Below, piece after piece: positions 1 to 9,913 of a DNA stretch of 64,000 nucleotides; position 1 is the first letter of the stretch, and the number at the start of each line of letters is the position of its first letter. Origin of the DNA: Spartobacteria bacterium (GTDB taxonomy: Bacteria > Verrucomicrobiota > Kiritimatiellia > RZYC01); contig RZYC01000001.1 of assembly GCA_009930475.1 (NCBI GenBank), positions 96,410 to 160,409 of the forward strand, given 5' to 3'. The position numbers and the translations under genes were made by a program. The notes below the pieces were generated by a model that searched no databases, was not told the DNA's origin, and saw only the letters and a program-made list of their open reading frames with translations.

Positions 1-367
1 GTTTAACGCCATGTCCACCGGAGAACAGCGACGTTTTCTGTTGGCTCGCGCCCTCGTGCATGATCCGGATACACTGGTGCTGGATGAACCCACCAGCGGG
101 CTGGATATGGCCACCTGCTTCCTTTATATCGATCTCATTCGCCATCTCATGACAAAAGGTCGGTCTGTTCTGTTGGTAACCCACCATCTCCATGAAATTC
201 CGCCGGAAATCGAGCGCGTTATTTTACTAAAAAAAGGGGTCGTCATTGATGACGGCCCCAAAGAGAACATGCTTACGTCTGAAAAGATCAGTGCTTTGTT
301 TGAAACACCGCTGCATGTCCATGCGCATCACGGCTTTTATCAGGTGTTTCCAGCACATAAAAGATAG
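1..367 (+). CDS. ABC transporter ATP-binding protein, C-terminal part (5' partial; reading frame continues upstream of the window)
   Basis: Signature-like STGEQRR, Walker B LVLDEPTSGLD and H-loop LVTHH in the translation. Confidence 0.6.
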   Translation, partial: FNAMSTGEQRRFLLARALVHDPDTLVLDEPTSGLDMATCFLYIDLIRHLMTKGRSVLLVTHHLHEIPPEIERVILLKKGVVIDDGPKENMLTSEKISALFETPLHVHAHHGFYQVFPAHKR

Positions 368-376
368 CGATCGCGC

Positions 377-922
377 CTAGAAATGCCGATCCAGTGCCGG
401 ATCAATGCACGGATCGGTGTAAATATCGCATTCATCACGACTTTTTGTCGAAAATTCAGACACAATCGCCCCGTCCGGCCCTGCCTGAAACCAATGCAGT
501 GTGTTGGGGGACAACGTATACTGTTCGCCCGGATTCAGAATGATTTCATGCCATACCGTAAAGAATTCTTTGCGTGATTCCGGTGCTTTGGCCCTTGGAT
601 TGGGTGTGGGGTCGCCTTCGACGTAAAGGTATACCTGACCTTGGCGGCAGCGAAAGGTCTCCTCCTTGCCGTCTTCGCCTTCAATGGCGGGATGTCTATG
701 TTCCGGACAGGTCTGCCCCGGAAACAGGATCAGTTCCTTGGCGCAACACCGGTCGGTGTTGACATAAACGATCAATTCTAAACCAATTTCATCCAGCATA
801 TCCATCCCGTATTCTGCGACTTCCATGTTCGCTTTTTCCTCGTCAGTTACAGCGATCTGTGCTTTTTCCAGGCTGATGAGTGCCCGTTTGCAGGCATCCT
901 GATAGGCTTCTTTGGTAAACAT
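377..922 (-). CDS. Cupin-type sugar isomerase, D-lyxose/D-mannose isomerase-like
   Basis: 181 aa with a His-rich cupin metal motif (FPGQTCPEHRHP...EGE). It is adjacent to, and on the same strand as, a PfkB sugar kinase. Confidence 0.4.
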   Translation of the reverse strand: MFTKEAYQDACKRALISLEKAQIAVTDEEKANMEVAEYGMDMLDEIGLELIVYVNTDRCCAKELILFPGQTCPEHRHPAIEGEDGKEETFRCRQGQVYLYVEGDPTPNPRAKAPESRKEFFTVWHEIILNPGEQYTLSPNTLHWFQAGPDGAIVSEFSTKSRDECDIYTDPCIDPALDRHF

Positions 923-946
923 TTCTTTCTCCTTGGTTTCGTATGA

Positions 947-1945
947 TCAGAGAGATTTATTCAGTAATTCATCAATTTGTTCTGCTGTAGGCATGCTGGG
1001 AATGGCTCCGCGTCCCATGGTGGTGATGGCCGCCGCCGTATTGGCATATGCGGTAATGCGCATCAGATCGTCAGGGGTCAGATCACCCGCTGTTTGGTTC
1101 TGGATATGGGGTAGTAAGCCCGATAAAAATCCTGCCACAAACGTGTCGCCCGCGCCCGTGGTGTCCACGACCGGAACATCTACGACGGGTATGGTCAACA
1201 TGTTCGATCGCGTAGCAATACAAGTTCCCTTTGGTCCCAGCGTTACCGCCACAATCGATGGCCCCATATCGAGGAATTGTTTTATTCCTGATTCAAGGTC
1301 TTTGCTGCCCGTGAGGAATTCCAGTTCATCGTCATTGATTTTCATAAAGTCAGCATAGGGAATCGCCGACATGATCTCACGTTTCGCATGATCCAGGCTG
1401 TCCCACAGTGCCGGACGCAGGTTGGGATCATAAGAAACAAACCGCCCATGTTTTTTTGCAATGGACAGCGCATAAAGCGTGGCATCACGACAAGGCTCCA
1501 CGCTGAGACTAATGGAGCCAAAATGAAAGATAGCCGCATCTCGAATCAACGCTTCATTAATATGCTCCGGTGACAGCAGCATGTCGGCCGAAGGATGGCG
1601 ATAAAACATAAAATCACGCTCCCCGCCCGCCGTCAAAGACACAAAGGCCAGCATCGTCCGCGCCTTTTCATCGTAACTGATCCCCGACGTATCCACTCCG
1701 TTTTCCTGTAACGTCTGAGCCAGGAATTCGCCAAAAGGATCACTGCCCACCCGCCCGACAAAGCCGCACGGAATCCCCATTCGCGCCAGCCCCACCGCCA
1801 CATTAGCCGGAGCCCCGCCCGCCGCCTTCTTAAAAGACCCCGCCTCCAAAAGAGAAACCCCCGACTGAAGTGCGACAAAATCAATAAGTACCTCGCCTAA
1901 AGCAATGACCACCGGTGCAGGTGTAGACAAACGTGTTTTCATCAT
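947..1945 (-). CDS. PfkB-family carbohydrate kinase (fructokinase-like)
   Basis: GG-motif region (AGGAPANVAVGLARMG) and the C-terminal PfkB signature DTTGAGDTFVAGFL. Confidence 0.75.
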   Translation of the reverse strand: MMKTRLSTPAPVVIALGEVLIDFVALQSGVSLLEAGSFKKAAGGAPANVAVGLARMGIPCGFVGRVGSDPFGEFLAQTLQENGVDTSGISYDEKARTMLAFVSLTAGGERDFMFYRHPSADMLLSPEHINEALIRDAAIFHFGSISLSVEPCRDATLYALSIAKKHGRFVSYDPNLRPALWDSLDHAKREIMSAIPYADFMKINDDELEFLTGSKDLESGIKQFLDMGPSIVAVTLGPKGTCIATRSNMLTIPVVDVPVVDTTGAGDTFVAGFLSGLLPHIQNQTAGDLTPDDLMRITAYANTAAAITTMGRGAIPSMPTAEQIDELLNKSL

Positions 1946-2239
1946 AAAACCTCCAAGTTATTGTAAACCGCGTAAGCGCACATGTATCAGCATAGATCAC
2001 GGCACGCCATGGTTTTCATCAACGCACAAGACATGCCAGTCTATTACACAAATATAGATTGAATCCATCTGCCCCTTTAAATCAAACATATTATCCGTTG
2101 AAAAAGATAAAAACTAAATCAGCCGCACTCCTTCATGTACACAAAAGTTCCCATCAACATGGTGCACGTGTGCATGTATGTGCATATATATAGAATTCGC
2201 CATCCTTTATAATTATATTTTGTTGTACATTTTCAATTA

Positions 2240-3271
2240 GTGTGCTTTGATACACCCATGAGACAGAAACGAATCAAAAGAGATCACCTGGCCTATTATC
2301 ACTGCATGTCACGGATTGTTGGACGTGAGATGTTGTTGGGCACAGTCGAGAAAGAGCACATGCGTCGATTAATCCGGCGGGTGGAAGGGTTTACAGGCGT
2401 ACATGTTTTGACCTATGCGGTGATGACAAATCATATTCATCTATTGTTGGAGGAACCGGAACGTGATGCCGTGCATTCGATTACGGATGAGGAGCTGATC
2501 CGGCGGCTGGCGTATCTTTATACTGAGGATGCGTTGGAGGAGATCCGGGTTCGGTGGGCGGAGTGGGAATTGGCGGGGCTTATAGAGTTTGTGAAGGAGG
2601 ATAAACTGCGGTATCTGATACGAATGCATGACATTAGCGAGTTTATGAAGCAGGTAAAACAGCGATTTTCCTGTTGGTATAATCGGCGAATGGGGCGTAA
2701 TGGAACGTTGTGGGATCATCGGTTTAAGAGTGTGCTGGTAGAAGACGGATTGGCTTTACGTACGATGGCGGCATATATTGAGATGAATCCGGTACGAGCA
2801 GGAATGGTGGATGATCCGAAGGCATATCGCTTTTGCGGGTTGGGCGAAGCGATGGGCGGAACCACTGCGGCTAGGCGGGGGATTATGACGCTGGCTGCGG
2901 GAGTGGATCGGCTCGATGATGAGGTGAGATCGCAGGAGAAGACGGATGCATGGGTCGATGCATCAACAGTTTATTGGGAGCGCATATTGATGTATGACGA
3001 GGTACGTATGAATCCAAATTTTGCGATGCTGGATAGGGATATGATTCCAGATAAGCTAAGAAAACGGATAAAGATATCGAATTTTGAGCGATTACAGTGT
3101 CGATATCGGTATTTTTCTGATGGTCAGGTGATTGGATCGAAGGAGTTTGTTGAGGATTTCTTTATGCAAAATACGGACTATTTCGGGGCAAAACGCAAAA
3201 CTGGTGCCCGAAAAATGCGAGGCGGCTGGGGGGATATGTATACCATCCGCGATTTAGGGCACTGGTGCTGA
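2240..3271 (+). CDS. IS200-like HUH (Y1) transposase-family protein, paralog 1 (about 340 aa; possibly a domesticated RAYT-like protein)
   Basis: HUH motif TNHIHLLLEEP and a Tyr-helix AAYIEMNPVRAG. The N-terminus YYHCMSRIVGR and C-terminus RYFSDGQVIGSKEFVEDFF are shared with the ORFs at 16422..17381 and 25791..26738. Confidence 0.65.
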   Translation: MCFDTPMRQKRIKRDHLAYYHCMSRIVGREMLLGTVEKEHMRRLIRRVEGFTGVHVLTYAVMTNHIHLLLEEPERDAVHSITDEELIRRLAYLYTEDALEEIRVRWAEWELAGLIEFVKEDKLRYLIRMHDISEFMKQVKQRFSCWYNRRMGRNGTLWDHRFKSVLVEDGLALRTMAAYIEMNPVRAGMVDDPKAYRFCGLGEAMGGTTAARRGIMTLAAGVDRLDDEVRSQEKTDAWVDASTVYWERILMYDEVRMNPNFAMLDRDMIPDKLRKRIKISNFERLQCRYRYFSDGQVIGSKEFVEDFFMQNTDYFGAKRKTGARKMRGGWGDMYTIRDLGHWC

Positions 3272-3306
3272 AGCGGGGCTTTGAGCCGTTTTTAAGATAT
3301 CGTCTT

Positions 3307-3660
3307 TTATTGTGAGACGTAATTTTGAACTTTTTTCATTTTTCGCTCAATGAGGATCATGATGAATGGGGCAATACCATTTTCATGAATAGCCGATGCA
3401 AAACCTTTTTTTAATGCGCCGATGAGTTCGTCAACTCCTTCAAACTCCTCTGTATTAATGTGTCTGCACATGTCTTTGAATAATTCAAATCCGCGCATTT
3501 CATTGCGCAACAGCACTTCATTCCCAAAATACACGTGCTCTGTGACGGCTCCTTCGGTATTTTTCTGTGCGGAACAGGACATTAAAAAGAGGACGTCTTC
3601 ATGGAGGTCGTCCATTTCAATCGCTAGAATTTCGAGAAAATGTTTTTTTTTGCAACGCAT
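3307..3660 (-). CDS. Hypothetical protein (117 aa)
   Basis: Open frame only; no motif I recognise. Convergent with HUH paralog 1 and divergent from the radical SAM gene. Confidence 0.3.
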   Translation of the reverse strand: MRCKKKHFLEILAIEMDDLHEDVLFLMSCSAQKNTEGAVTEHVYFGNEVLLRNEMRGFELFKDMCRHINTEEFEGVDELIGALKKGFASAIHENGIAPFIMILIERKMKKVQNYVSQ

Positions 3661-3757
3661 ACTCCACCTCGTTTTCTTAATTATGCTCGACGAAACATTG
3701 CCTCAGCTTCATCTGTGATACATAGTATCTATTTTTAGCATACGGGGCAATTTATTA

Positions 3758-5251
3758 TTGGAGAAATCAATGGATCATCCGACGCCAATAGACCTGTTAC
3801 TGATCACTATTAACGCGCGTTATATTCATGCATCGCTGGCATTGCGATGTCTGCGTGCCAATCTCGGATCACATCGGTCGCGTTCCCGTTTGGTGGAGTT
3901 TGATCTCAAAACTCCATCGGAAATTCTCATTGATACGGTCGTACAGTCGACCCCGAAAATGCTGGTTGTGAGTCTATATATATGGAATGCCCAACCTTTT
4001 GCAGCGTTGCTCCCTCACTTGCGATCGCTGCTCCCGAATACTATTTTTGTGATAGGCGGTCCGGAAATAAGTTATCAGCCAGAGGATCATCCCTGCTTTC
4101 GCTGGGCAGATGTGGTGCTGTGTGGTGAGGGAGAAGAGGTGTTGCGATCGCTGTGTGATGACGTATTGCAGGGCCGGTTTATCCGAGCTGCTGCTCCGCA
4201 GGTGATTCAGGCAGATCCGCCGGATCTGTCGGCTATTAAGCTGCCTTATGACGAGTATACCGATCATGATATTCAGCACCGCACGTTATATGTAGAAACG
4301 GCTAGGGGTTGTCCCTTTCAGTGTTCTTACTGCTTATCCGCCATGGATAATACCGTGCGCTATTTCCCCGCAACATCGCTCTTTGCAGCATTTGAGACGC
4401 TGATGGAACGTGGTGCGCGCGCGTTTCGTATTCTGGACCGCAGTTTTAATCTGGATATTCCCAGAGCATTAGACGTGCTGGATTTTTTCCTAAAGGCCAT
4501 GCAGCACTTTCCCATTTCTCTGCACCTGGAAATGATTCCAGACCGCTTTCCTGATGTGCTGATGGATAAATTAGCCTGTTTTCCGGCAGAAGCACTGCAT
4601 TTAGAAGTGGGCATCCAGACCTATACTCCAGATGTGGCGCAGCGGATTCATCGCGTTTGTGATTTTGACGAGGCCGATCGATGTATTGCCAAACTGGTGG
4701 ACATAGGTATTGCTGTTCACGTGGATTTGATTGCCGGTCTTCCGGGAGAAACCTGGACATCGTTTGCGGCCTCTTTCGACCGGTTGGCTGCTTTGCATCC
4801 CCATGAAATACAGGTGGGGATTTTGAAACAGCTTCGCGGTGCACCCATTGTTCGGTTAGCCGGTCCCTTCACACTCATCTGCTCTAATGACCCACCCTAT
4901 GAGGTGTTATCCACATCGACGCTGACCGCCGATGAGCTGGAGCGAATCGGTCGACTGGCCCGTTTTTGGGAGAATATTCACAATCGGGAAAAACTACCGC
5001 GCACCACGCGATATATTGCCGGGTTATCACCTTTTGAACAGCTTTCGGTTTTCAGTGATTATCTCTTTGCTAGGTTTCAGCGCACGCATCACATTCCGCT
5101 TCTGGCACTGATTGAGGCCGCGTTTCATTTTCTGACCGAAGAACATGAGATTGCACCAGCCATTGCGGCAAAACTCCTGCTGGATGATTATTTGTGCGGT
5201 GGAAAGCGTATCTGTCCGCCGCGTTACCTGTTGGAACAGGCGTCGTCATAA
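3758..5251 (+). CDS. B12-binding domain/radical SAM protein (DUF4080-like)
   Basis: N-terminal B12-binding-like region followed by a radical-SAM cysteine cluster ARGCPFQCSYCLS. 497 aa. Confidence 0.7.
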   Translation: MEKSMDHPTPIDLLLITINARYIHASLALRCLRANLGSHRSRSRLVEFDLKTPSEILIDTVVQSTPKMLVVSLYIWNAQPFAALLPHLRSLLPNTIFVIGGPEISYQPEDHPCFRWADVVLCGEGEEVLRSLCDDVLQGRFIRAAAPQVIQADPPDLSAIKLPYDEYTDHDIQHRTLYVETARGCPFQCSYCLSAMDNTVRYFPATSLFAAFETLMERGARAFRILDRSFNLDIPRALDVLDFFLKAMQHFPISLHLEMIPDRFPDVLMDKLACFPAEALHLEVGIQTYTPDVAQRIHRVCDFDEADRCIAKLVDIGIAVHVDLIAGLPGETWTSFAASFDRLAALHPHEIQVGILKQLRGAPIVRLAGPFTLICSNDPPYEVLSTSTLTADELERIGRLARFWENIHNREKLPRTTRYIAGLSPFEQLSVFSDYLFARFQRTHHIPLLALIEAAFHFLTEEHEIAPAIAAKLLLDDYLCGGKRICPPRYLLEQASS

Positions 5252-7617
5252 TGATTAAGCATGGTTTTAATTTGCGAAGGTGATTCGTCCAGCAGCTCTA
5301 TACGTACCGCACAGCTTTCAGGCAATCGAAACATACTGTTCCAGCGTTCTTCTGCGGCTTCGCCGATAATCTGTAGCCGGCCTGTTTCGTCGCGCAGGGC
5401 TGACAGGTTCAGGCCCGTTCGGTCGCGCAGGGTGATCTGGTGGTTCTGACAGCTGTGCTGACAGCTGGGATATCCTTTGCCATTTCCGGCATGTACAGAG
5501 TACAGGCAATATTGCGTGTAGAAAAACAGTGGGTGAAAATAAATGGGAATTTCCCAGCGAGCAGGTTGGCTTACTATGAGATCCATCAGCTGTATTTCAT
5601 CGGCGTCTACGCCGGGGGTCAGTCTATGGAGCCCCTGCTGAAGCCAGGTATCCGCAGCGAACTGATTGACGATATTCAGTGACATGTCGCCGATATAGAG
5701 AGGTTTTGTATGGTGTTCGCGGCATAAACGCCATGCACCGGTACTGCGGATGAGCATGACATCGGGGAGTAAATCCAGTCGTTTTATCACTGTTTTTTCA
5801 TGTTGGTCACACATTGCTCGCGGGGTGGTCAACCCGCTTAGCAAGCCAGCCTCACGTATGGCATTCTGCCCATCTGCAAGATCTTCTGTAGATGAGAAAT
5901 CCATGATAATAGTCGCGCTGGTCATTTCCAGCTCTTTCATGCAGGCCAGCAGTGGATTGATCTGCTCAGCACTGCGTACTAAGATCGATAGACCAGGAAG
6001 CACGTCATCCGGAGTGACAACGGTTTCAACTTGAGGTTGTTCGAGGGGGGGTATTCGCCTGGGAAAATATTGTTTTTGCAGGTGTTCGCATACCTCGCGC
6101 CTCAGTTGATTCAGTTCGCTAACGGGAAGCATCGCAGGGGATTCTTCCAGCTCATTTGCTCCGTCGTTCATGGCAATGGCTTCGACATAAAACATGGTTT
6201 CGCCCAAGCGGCTCAACTGTTCGACAACCTTCTCTTTTCGTAATGGGCGGGCTCTGGCTGTTTCCAGTTCTTTGGACCCTGTGGCGATCGCTGTCCGGCC
6301 CATGGAATCGGTAGCCCGCAACACCGGTTTTGCTTCGGGTTTGACGGTCAGTTCAAACCGGACAGGCACTTCGCGAAAAGGCAGGCGGCTCTTTGTTCCT
6401 GTATCCCATCGTTCACTCCATGATGGACGGGATGTGAGCCAAACCGGCGTCCCCGCATCAAATTCAGGGGTTTCAGCCGACCGGCTGCTGCGATATAAGG
6501 TCACTTCGGTCAGATCGGAATGAGCGATCGCTTGTGCGGTAAAAATACGACCACCCTTACGACGGCCTTTTTCATCTGGCAATCCAAAAGCAATCCCGTC
6601 GCCGGCGGACAGTGCATGGGTGTTCTTGATGAAAATCCTGTGCCCCTGCTGACGGGCGATTGTTCCGACGGGTAGACCCGCTTTTCCGGGCACCCGTTCG
6701 TCGACCAGTTGTTTATGATTGTCGCCGTCGATATATCCATTGCCTACACTGCGTGCATAAGAAAGCGAAAGCATCGATGCATCTTCTTTCACATCCTCCG
6801 GACATGGGCGCGCTGCCAAAGCGGCATCCAGTGCCCGTCGATAACAGGACGTTACCGCTGCCACATATTCCGGCTGTTTCATACGTCCCTCAATTTTCAG
6901 ACTGCAGACCCCGCTGTTGATCAGATCCGGTAACCGGTCAAACAGGCATAAATCTTTTGGGCTCAACCAGTGACGTGCCTGGGCATCGATTTCTGATCCG
7001 TCGAGAATTAGATTATACGCATGGCGGCATGGCTGCGCGCATGCACCCCGATTCGCGCTGCGTCCGCCCATAAAGCGACTGGCGGTGCACTGGCCAGAGT
7101 AGGAAATGCACAGGGCTCCGTGAATAAACATTTCCAGTTCAATGGACGTTTTTTCCTTCAATACCCGGATTTCGGCTAAACTGATTTCGCGGGGGAGAAT
7201 GACACGTTGTAGTTGGAGTACTGACTGTACCCACGTGATGGAACGCGAATCGGACAACGTCATCTGAGTTGATGCATGCAACGGTATCTCCGGAAATCGT
7301 TGGCGCACCTGATTGGCAAAACCCAGATCTTGAACGATCAATGCATCACACCCACAGGTAATCGCAGTGTCGGCATCACGCAGTGCTGCATCCATTTCTT
7401 CATCAAAAATGAGGGTGTTCATTGTTACGTAAACGCCCACGCCGTGGTCATGGCAAAGCAATACTCCGTCTGCCAACGCTTCACCATCGAAATTCTGAGC
7501 GCGATTTCTAGCATTAAAACGAGTCATTCCCAAATAAACGGCATCTGCACCATAGCGAATAGCCGCATGCAGCGCGTCAGGACTTCCAGCAGGGACAAGC
7601 AGTTCAATTTTTTTCAT
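5224..7617 (-). CDS. U32 family peptidase (collagenase-like) with a long C-terminal DUF3656-like extension
   Basis: N-terminus MKKIELLVPAGSPDALHAAIRYGADAVYLG plus a Cys-rich U32 core. 797 aa. Confidence 0.75.
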   Translation of the reverse strand: MKKIELLVPAGSPDALHAAIRYGADAVYLGMTRFNARNRAQNFDGEALADGVLLCHDHGVGVYVTMNTLIFDEEMDAALRDADTAITCGCDALIVQDLGFANQVRQRFPEIPLHASTQMTLSDSRSITWVQSVLQLQRVILPREISLAEIRVLKEKTSIELEMFIHGALCISYSGQCTASRFMGGRSANRGACAQPCRHAYNLILDGSEIDAQARHWLSPKDLCLFDRLPDLINSGVCSLKIEGRMKQPEYVAAVTSCYRRALDAALAARPCPEDVKEDASMLSLSYARSVGNGYIDGDNHKQLVDERVPGKAGLPVGTIARQQGHRIFIKNTHALSAGDGIAFGLPDEKGRRKGGRIFTAQAIAHSDLTEVTLYRSSRSAETPEFDAGTPVWLTSRPSWSERWDTGTKSRLPFREVPVRFELTVKPEAKPVLRATDSMGRTAIATGSKELETARARPLRKEKVVEQLSRLGETMFYVEAIAMNDGANELEESPAMLPVSELNQLRREVCEHLQKQYFPRRIPPLEQPQVETVVTPDDVLPGLSILVRSAEQINPLLACMKELEMTSATIIMDFSSTEDLADGQNAIREAGLLSGLTTPRAMCDQHEKTVIKRLDLLPDVMLIRSTGAWRLCREHHTKPLYIGDMSLNIVNQFAADTWLQQGLHRLTPGVDADEIQLMDLIVSQPARWEIPIYFHPLFFYTQYCLYSVHAGNGKGYPSCQHSCQNHQITLRDRTGLNLSALRDETGRLQIIGEAAEERWNSMFRLPESCAVRIELLDESPSQIKTMLNHYDDACSNR

Positions 7618-7703
7618 AAAAGATCCATTTCAGCGCATACACAACGCCGATCCCGTTAGGGTGTTTATAGTCAGATGTATTGTTGGGAGTAGGGGGCTGT
7701 CAG

Positions 7704-8858
7704 TCAGCCGCCGAAAAGACCCGATAGAAATCCTTTTTTCTTCACCGGCTCTTTTGCTTCAGGGAGCAATCTGTTCACAATACGCTGATCGATGCCATTT
7801 TCCAGCAAGGTTTTCCGCATGGATTCCTTGGACTGTCCTTTGTTATTCTGCATCACTTCTTTGGCTTTGGCAGTTTCCTGTTCCACCCAGTCCACTTTGA
7901 CCGAGTCAAGCATTTGGCGACAGCGATCAATTAATCCGCGGATACTAAAGCTTTCCTGCGTCATCTCGCTTTTCCGCGTCTCTGACATGCCGCCCTCTGC
8001 CCGTGGCGAGCGAAGCATGGTATCGATTTCCTGTTTTGCACGCGTTCCACTGTTCACTGCTGCCGATAATACATCCATCGCATGCTTGAGGTCGTCCATG
8101 CGTAGGCACAGCCGAGCAACGATAAGCAACATGTTCATTTCGTCGACGGCGTTGCCCACTTCTTCGGAACATTGCAGGGTTACTTCGTAATATTTAATAG
8201 CACGCTTCATGGCCTCAATTTCAGTATCAGCCATATCCGGCCATAATTCCTTCATTTCTTTAAGCATCGATCCAACGTCGTTGCCATAGTCTTTCCGCCA
8301 TTCCTCGTTTTCTTCTAAATCGCGGAACAGCCATGCGTAATGTAGATAATAACGGCCCAAATTCATGGCATCGCGCTTGTACATGTCCTCAAACTGCTCC
8401 AGCCAGAAGATGGCCAGTAAATGAAGCTTCATAGCCATCAGAGGATCCATCGCGCCCGGATCAATATCCACAGAAAGTTTGTTAACGATGCGTTTTACTT
8501 CCGGGTTATTTCGGTAGATATCACGAATCCCGTCACGAAATTTGCGAAGAGGTAGCACGCAGTTTTTTAATGGATTTTCATAATACTGCCGCCCTGCGGC
8601 AAAAAAACAGCGAGGGCACATCCACGCGTAATAAAATGGAGGATGAAAAGGAGCAAGCTGTTCCTGCTCCCAGTGGTAGTTTTTTGGACGTAAATCATCA
8701 TCACGATCATTCGCTCTGAATAGATTTGTTTTCATACTGCGTTGTTTTGCCACAGCACCACACACAGGACATTCGACATCTCTCATTAAAAAAGGATGCG
8801 CGAGTCTCTTTTTCTTCTTATCATCCTCGCTCGAATGTCGTTTCCGTGTAACAGCCAT
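7704..8858 (-). CDS. Zinc-ribbon protein, DUF2225-like (hypothetical)
   Basis: CPVCG...CPRC zinc-ribbon pairs near the N-terminus and a helical repeat-rich C-terminus. Preceded by a long (about 380 nt) leader. Confidence 0.4.
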   Translation of the reverse strand: MAVTRKRHSSEDDKKKKRLAHPFLMRDVECPVCGAVAKQRSMKTNLFRANDRDDDLRPKNYHWEQEQLAPFHPPFYYAWMCPRCFFAAGRQYYENPLKNCVLPLRKFRDGIRDIYRNNPEVKRIVNKLSVDIDPGAMDPLMAMKLHLLAIFWLEQFEDMYKRDAMNLGRYYLHYAWLFRDLEENEEWRKDYGNDVGSMLKEMKELWPDMADTEIEAMKRAIKYYEVTLQCSEEVGNAVDEMNMLLIVARLCLRMDDLKHAMDVLSAAVNSGTRAKQEIDTMLRSPRAEGGMSETRKSEMTQESFSIRGLIDRCRQMLDSVKVDWVEQETAKAKEVMQNNKGQSKESMRKTLLENGIDQRIVNRLLPEAKEPVKKKGFLSGLFGG

Positions 8859-9237
8859 ATTCCCTATCCTTTACTCCGGTTTGTTGAACCGTATATCTGC
8901 GCTTCATGTGCCCAATCAACAGAGTATTAAAGTAGCGCGCCTGTAGTAGCGGGTCAAGAATGAAGTAAATTGTTGGACTTACCCCATTTTTAGGCAAAGC
9001 CAGGCAACCATCCCTGAATCTTCACGCGTTGCAGTTTTGCATTTTTTCGGGCTGATGCGCGAGAGTAAGGCTCCGACACCATCGGCTAGGGCGTAGTAGC
9101 AGAATTCGGTAACTCACAAAATTCCGAGCTTCGGAAGAACATAGACGTAAATGAAGCGGTGTCATTTTGCGACTGCGTGGCTCGCAGGCCAAGGCTATAC
9201 ATCCTGAAACACCACATTTTTGTTGATTTTCATGGGT

Positions 9238-9275
9238 TTGTCAACAGGAAAACTATAGTAAGTCTGATTAATTAT
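9238..9275 (-). promoter_or_regulatory. Promoter-like module P2 (TAATTAATCAGACTTACTATA - N - TTGACA), leftward-pointing
   Basis: The reverse complement reads ataattaatcagacttactatagttttcctgttgacaaa. The same architecture occurs at 17411, 48441, 55130 and 61315. Confidence 0.35.
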
Positions 9276-9282
9276 TTACTAT

Positions 9283-9867
9283 TTGCACAATATCCTGCGT
9301 TGTGGCAAAGCATCACCCATGATAACTAAGGATAAACTTCGGCAGATTTTGAAAGCACGCTTGCGAGCAATGGATTCCGCGCAGCGTATAGCGATGAGTC
9401 ACTGCCTCGCGGAACATGTGATTTCCTCCAGCTTTTTTTCTGACGCGCAGACCATCGGCCTGTATTTACCTTTACCATCAGAAGTCGATGTGACCTTACT
9501 TTGTGCTCAAGAAAAAAAATGGGTTGTTCCGGCAAGACTTCCACATGACGTGCTATATCAGTGGGTGGCATATCATCCGGATATGGAATTGGAAAAGGGG
9601 CCGGACAAGGTACTCCAACCAGTGCGACAGGTCGTTGTTAAACCGGAAACCATCGATACCGTTCTTGTTCCGGGGCTGGGATTTAGTGAGCGGGGTGAAC
9701 GACTGGGCCGTGGTGGCGGTTTTTATGATCGTTTGCTGGCAGCGACTTCAGGGCTCAAAGTGGGTGTTGCGTATGAATGTCAAATCATGTCGGTGCTACC
9801 CGTAGAAAATCACGATATTATGATGGATTGTGTAGCAACGAATCTAAAGACGCGCTATACGTATTAG
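9283..9867 (+). CDS. 5-formyltetrahydrofolate cyclo-ligase
   Basis: GLGFSERGERLGRGGGFYDRLL matches the conserved 5-FCL C-terminal motif. An alternative start lies at 9319. Confidence 0.65.
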   Translation: MHNILRCGKASPMITKDKLRQILKARLRAMDSAQRIAMSHCLAEHVISSSFFSDAQTIGLYLPLPSEVDVTLLCAQEKKWVVPARLPHDVLYQWVAYHPDMELEKGPDKVLQPVRQVVVKPETIDTVLVPGLGFSERGERLGRGGGFYDRLLAATSGLKVGVAYECQIMSVLPVENHDIMMDCVATNLKTRYTY

Positions 9868-9913
9868 ACGCCCCGTTTATTTTTTAATTACATGAAACAC
9901 GCAGGAGGAACCC

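Noticed and set aside
1633-1884. Numerous 60–140-aa antisense or alternative-frame ORFs inside confident genes (for example 1633..1884, 4446..4844, 6194..6523, 36263..36691, 38537..39487 and 55521..56111)
   Set aside because: They are embedded in, or antisense to, long conserved coding regions. They have Arg/Ser/Pro-rich low-complexity translations and no RBS or motif support.
2140-2165. Degenerate P1-like sequence aaagttcccatcaacatgg upstream of HUH paralog 1
   Set aside because: Only the left half (AAAGTTCC) matches and there is no dyad partner. It is probably chance or a heavily decayed relic.
8990-9240. Possible fluoride (crcB-motif) riboswitch or tmRNA/SRP RNA in the long leader, because of GCCGATGGTGTCGGAGCC
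   Set aside because: It only partly resembles the GGCGAUGGUGUUCGCC core. The 3' half of the crcB motif is absent, there is no fluoride-related downstream gene, and no tmRNA tag or 3' CCA acceptor features are present.
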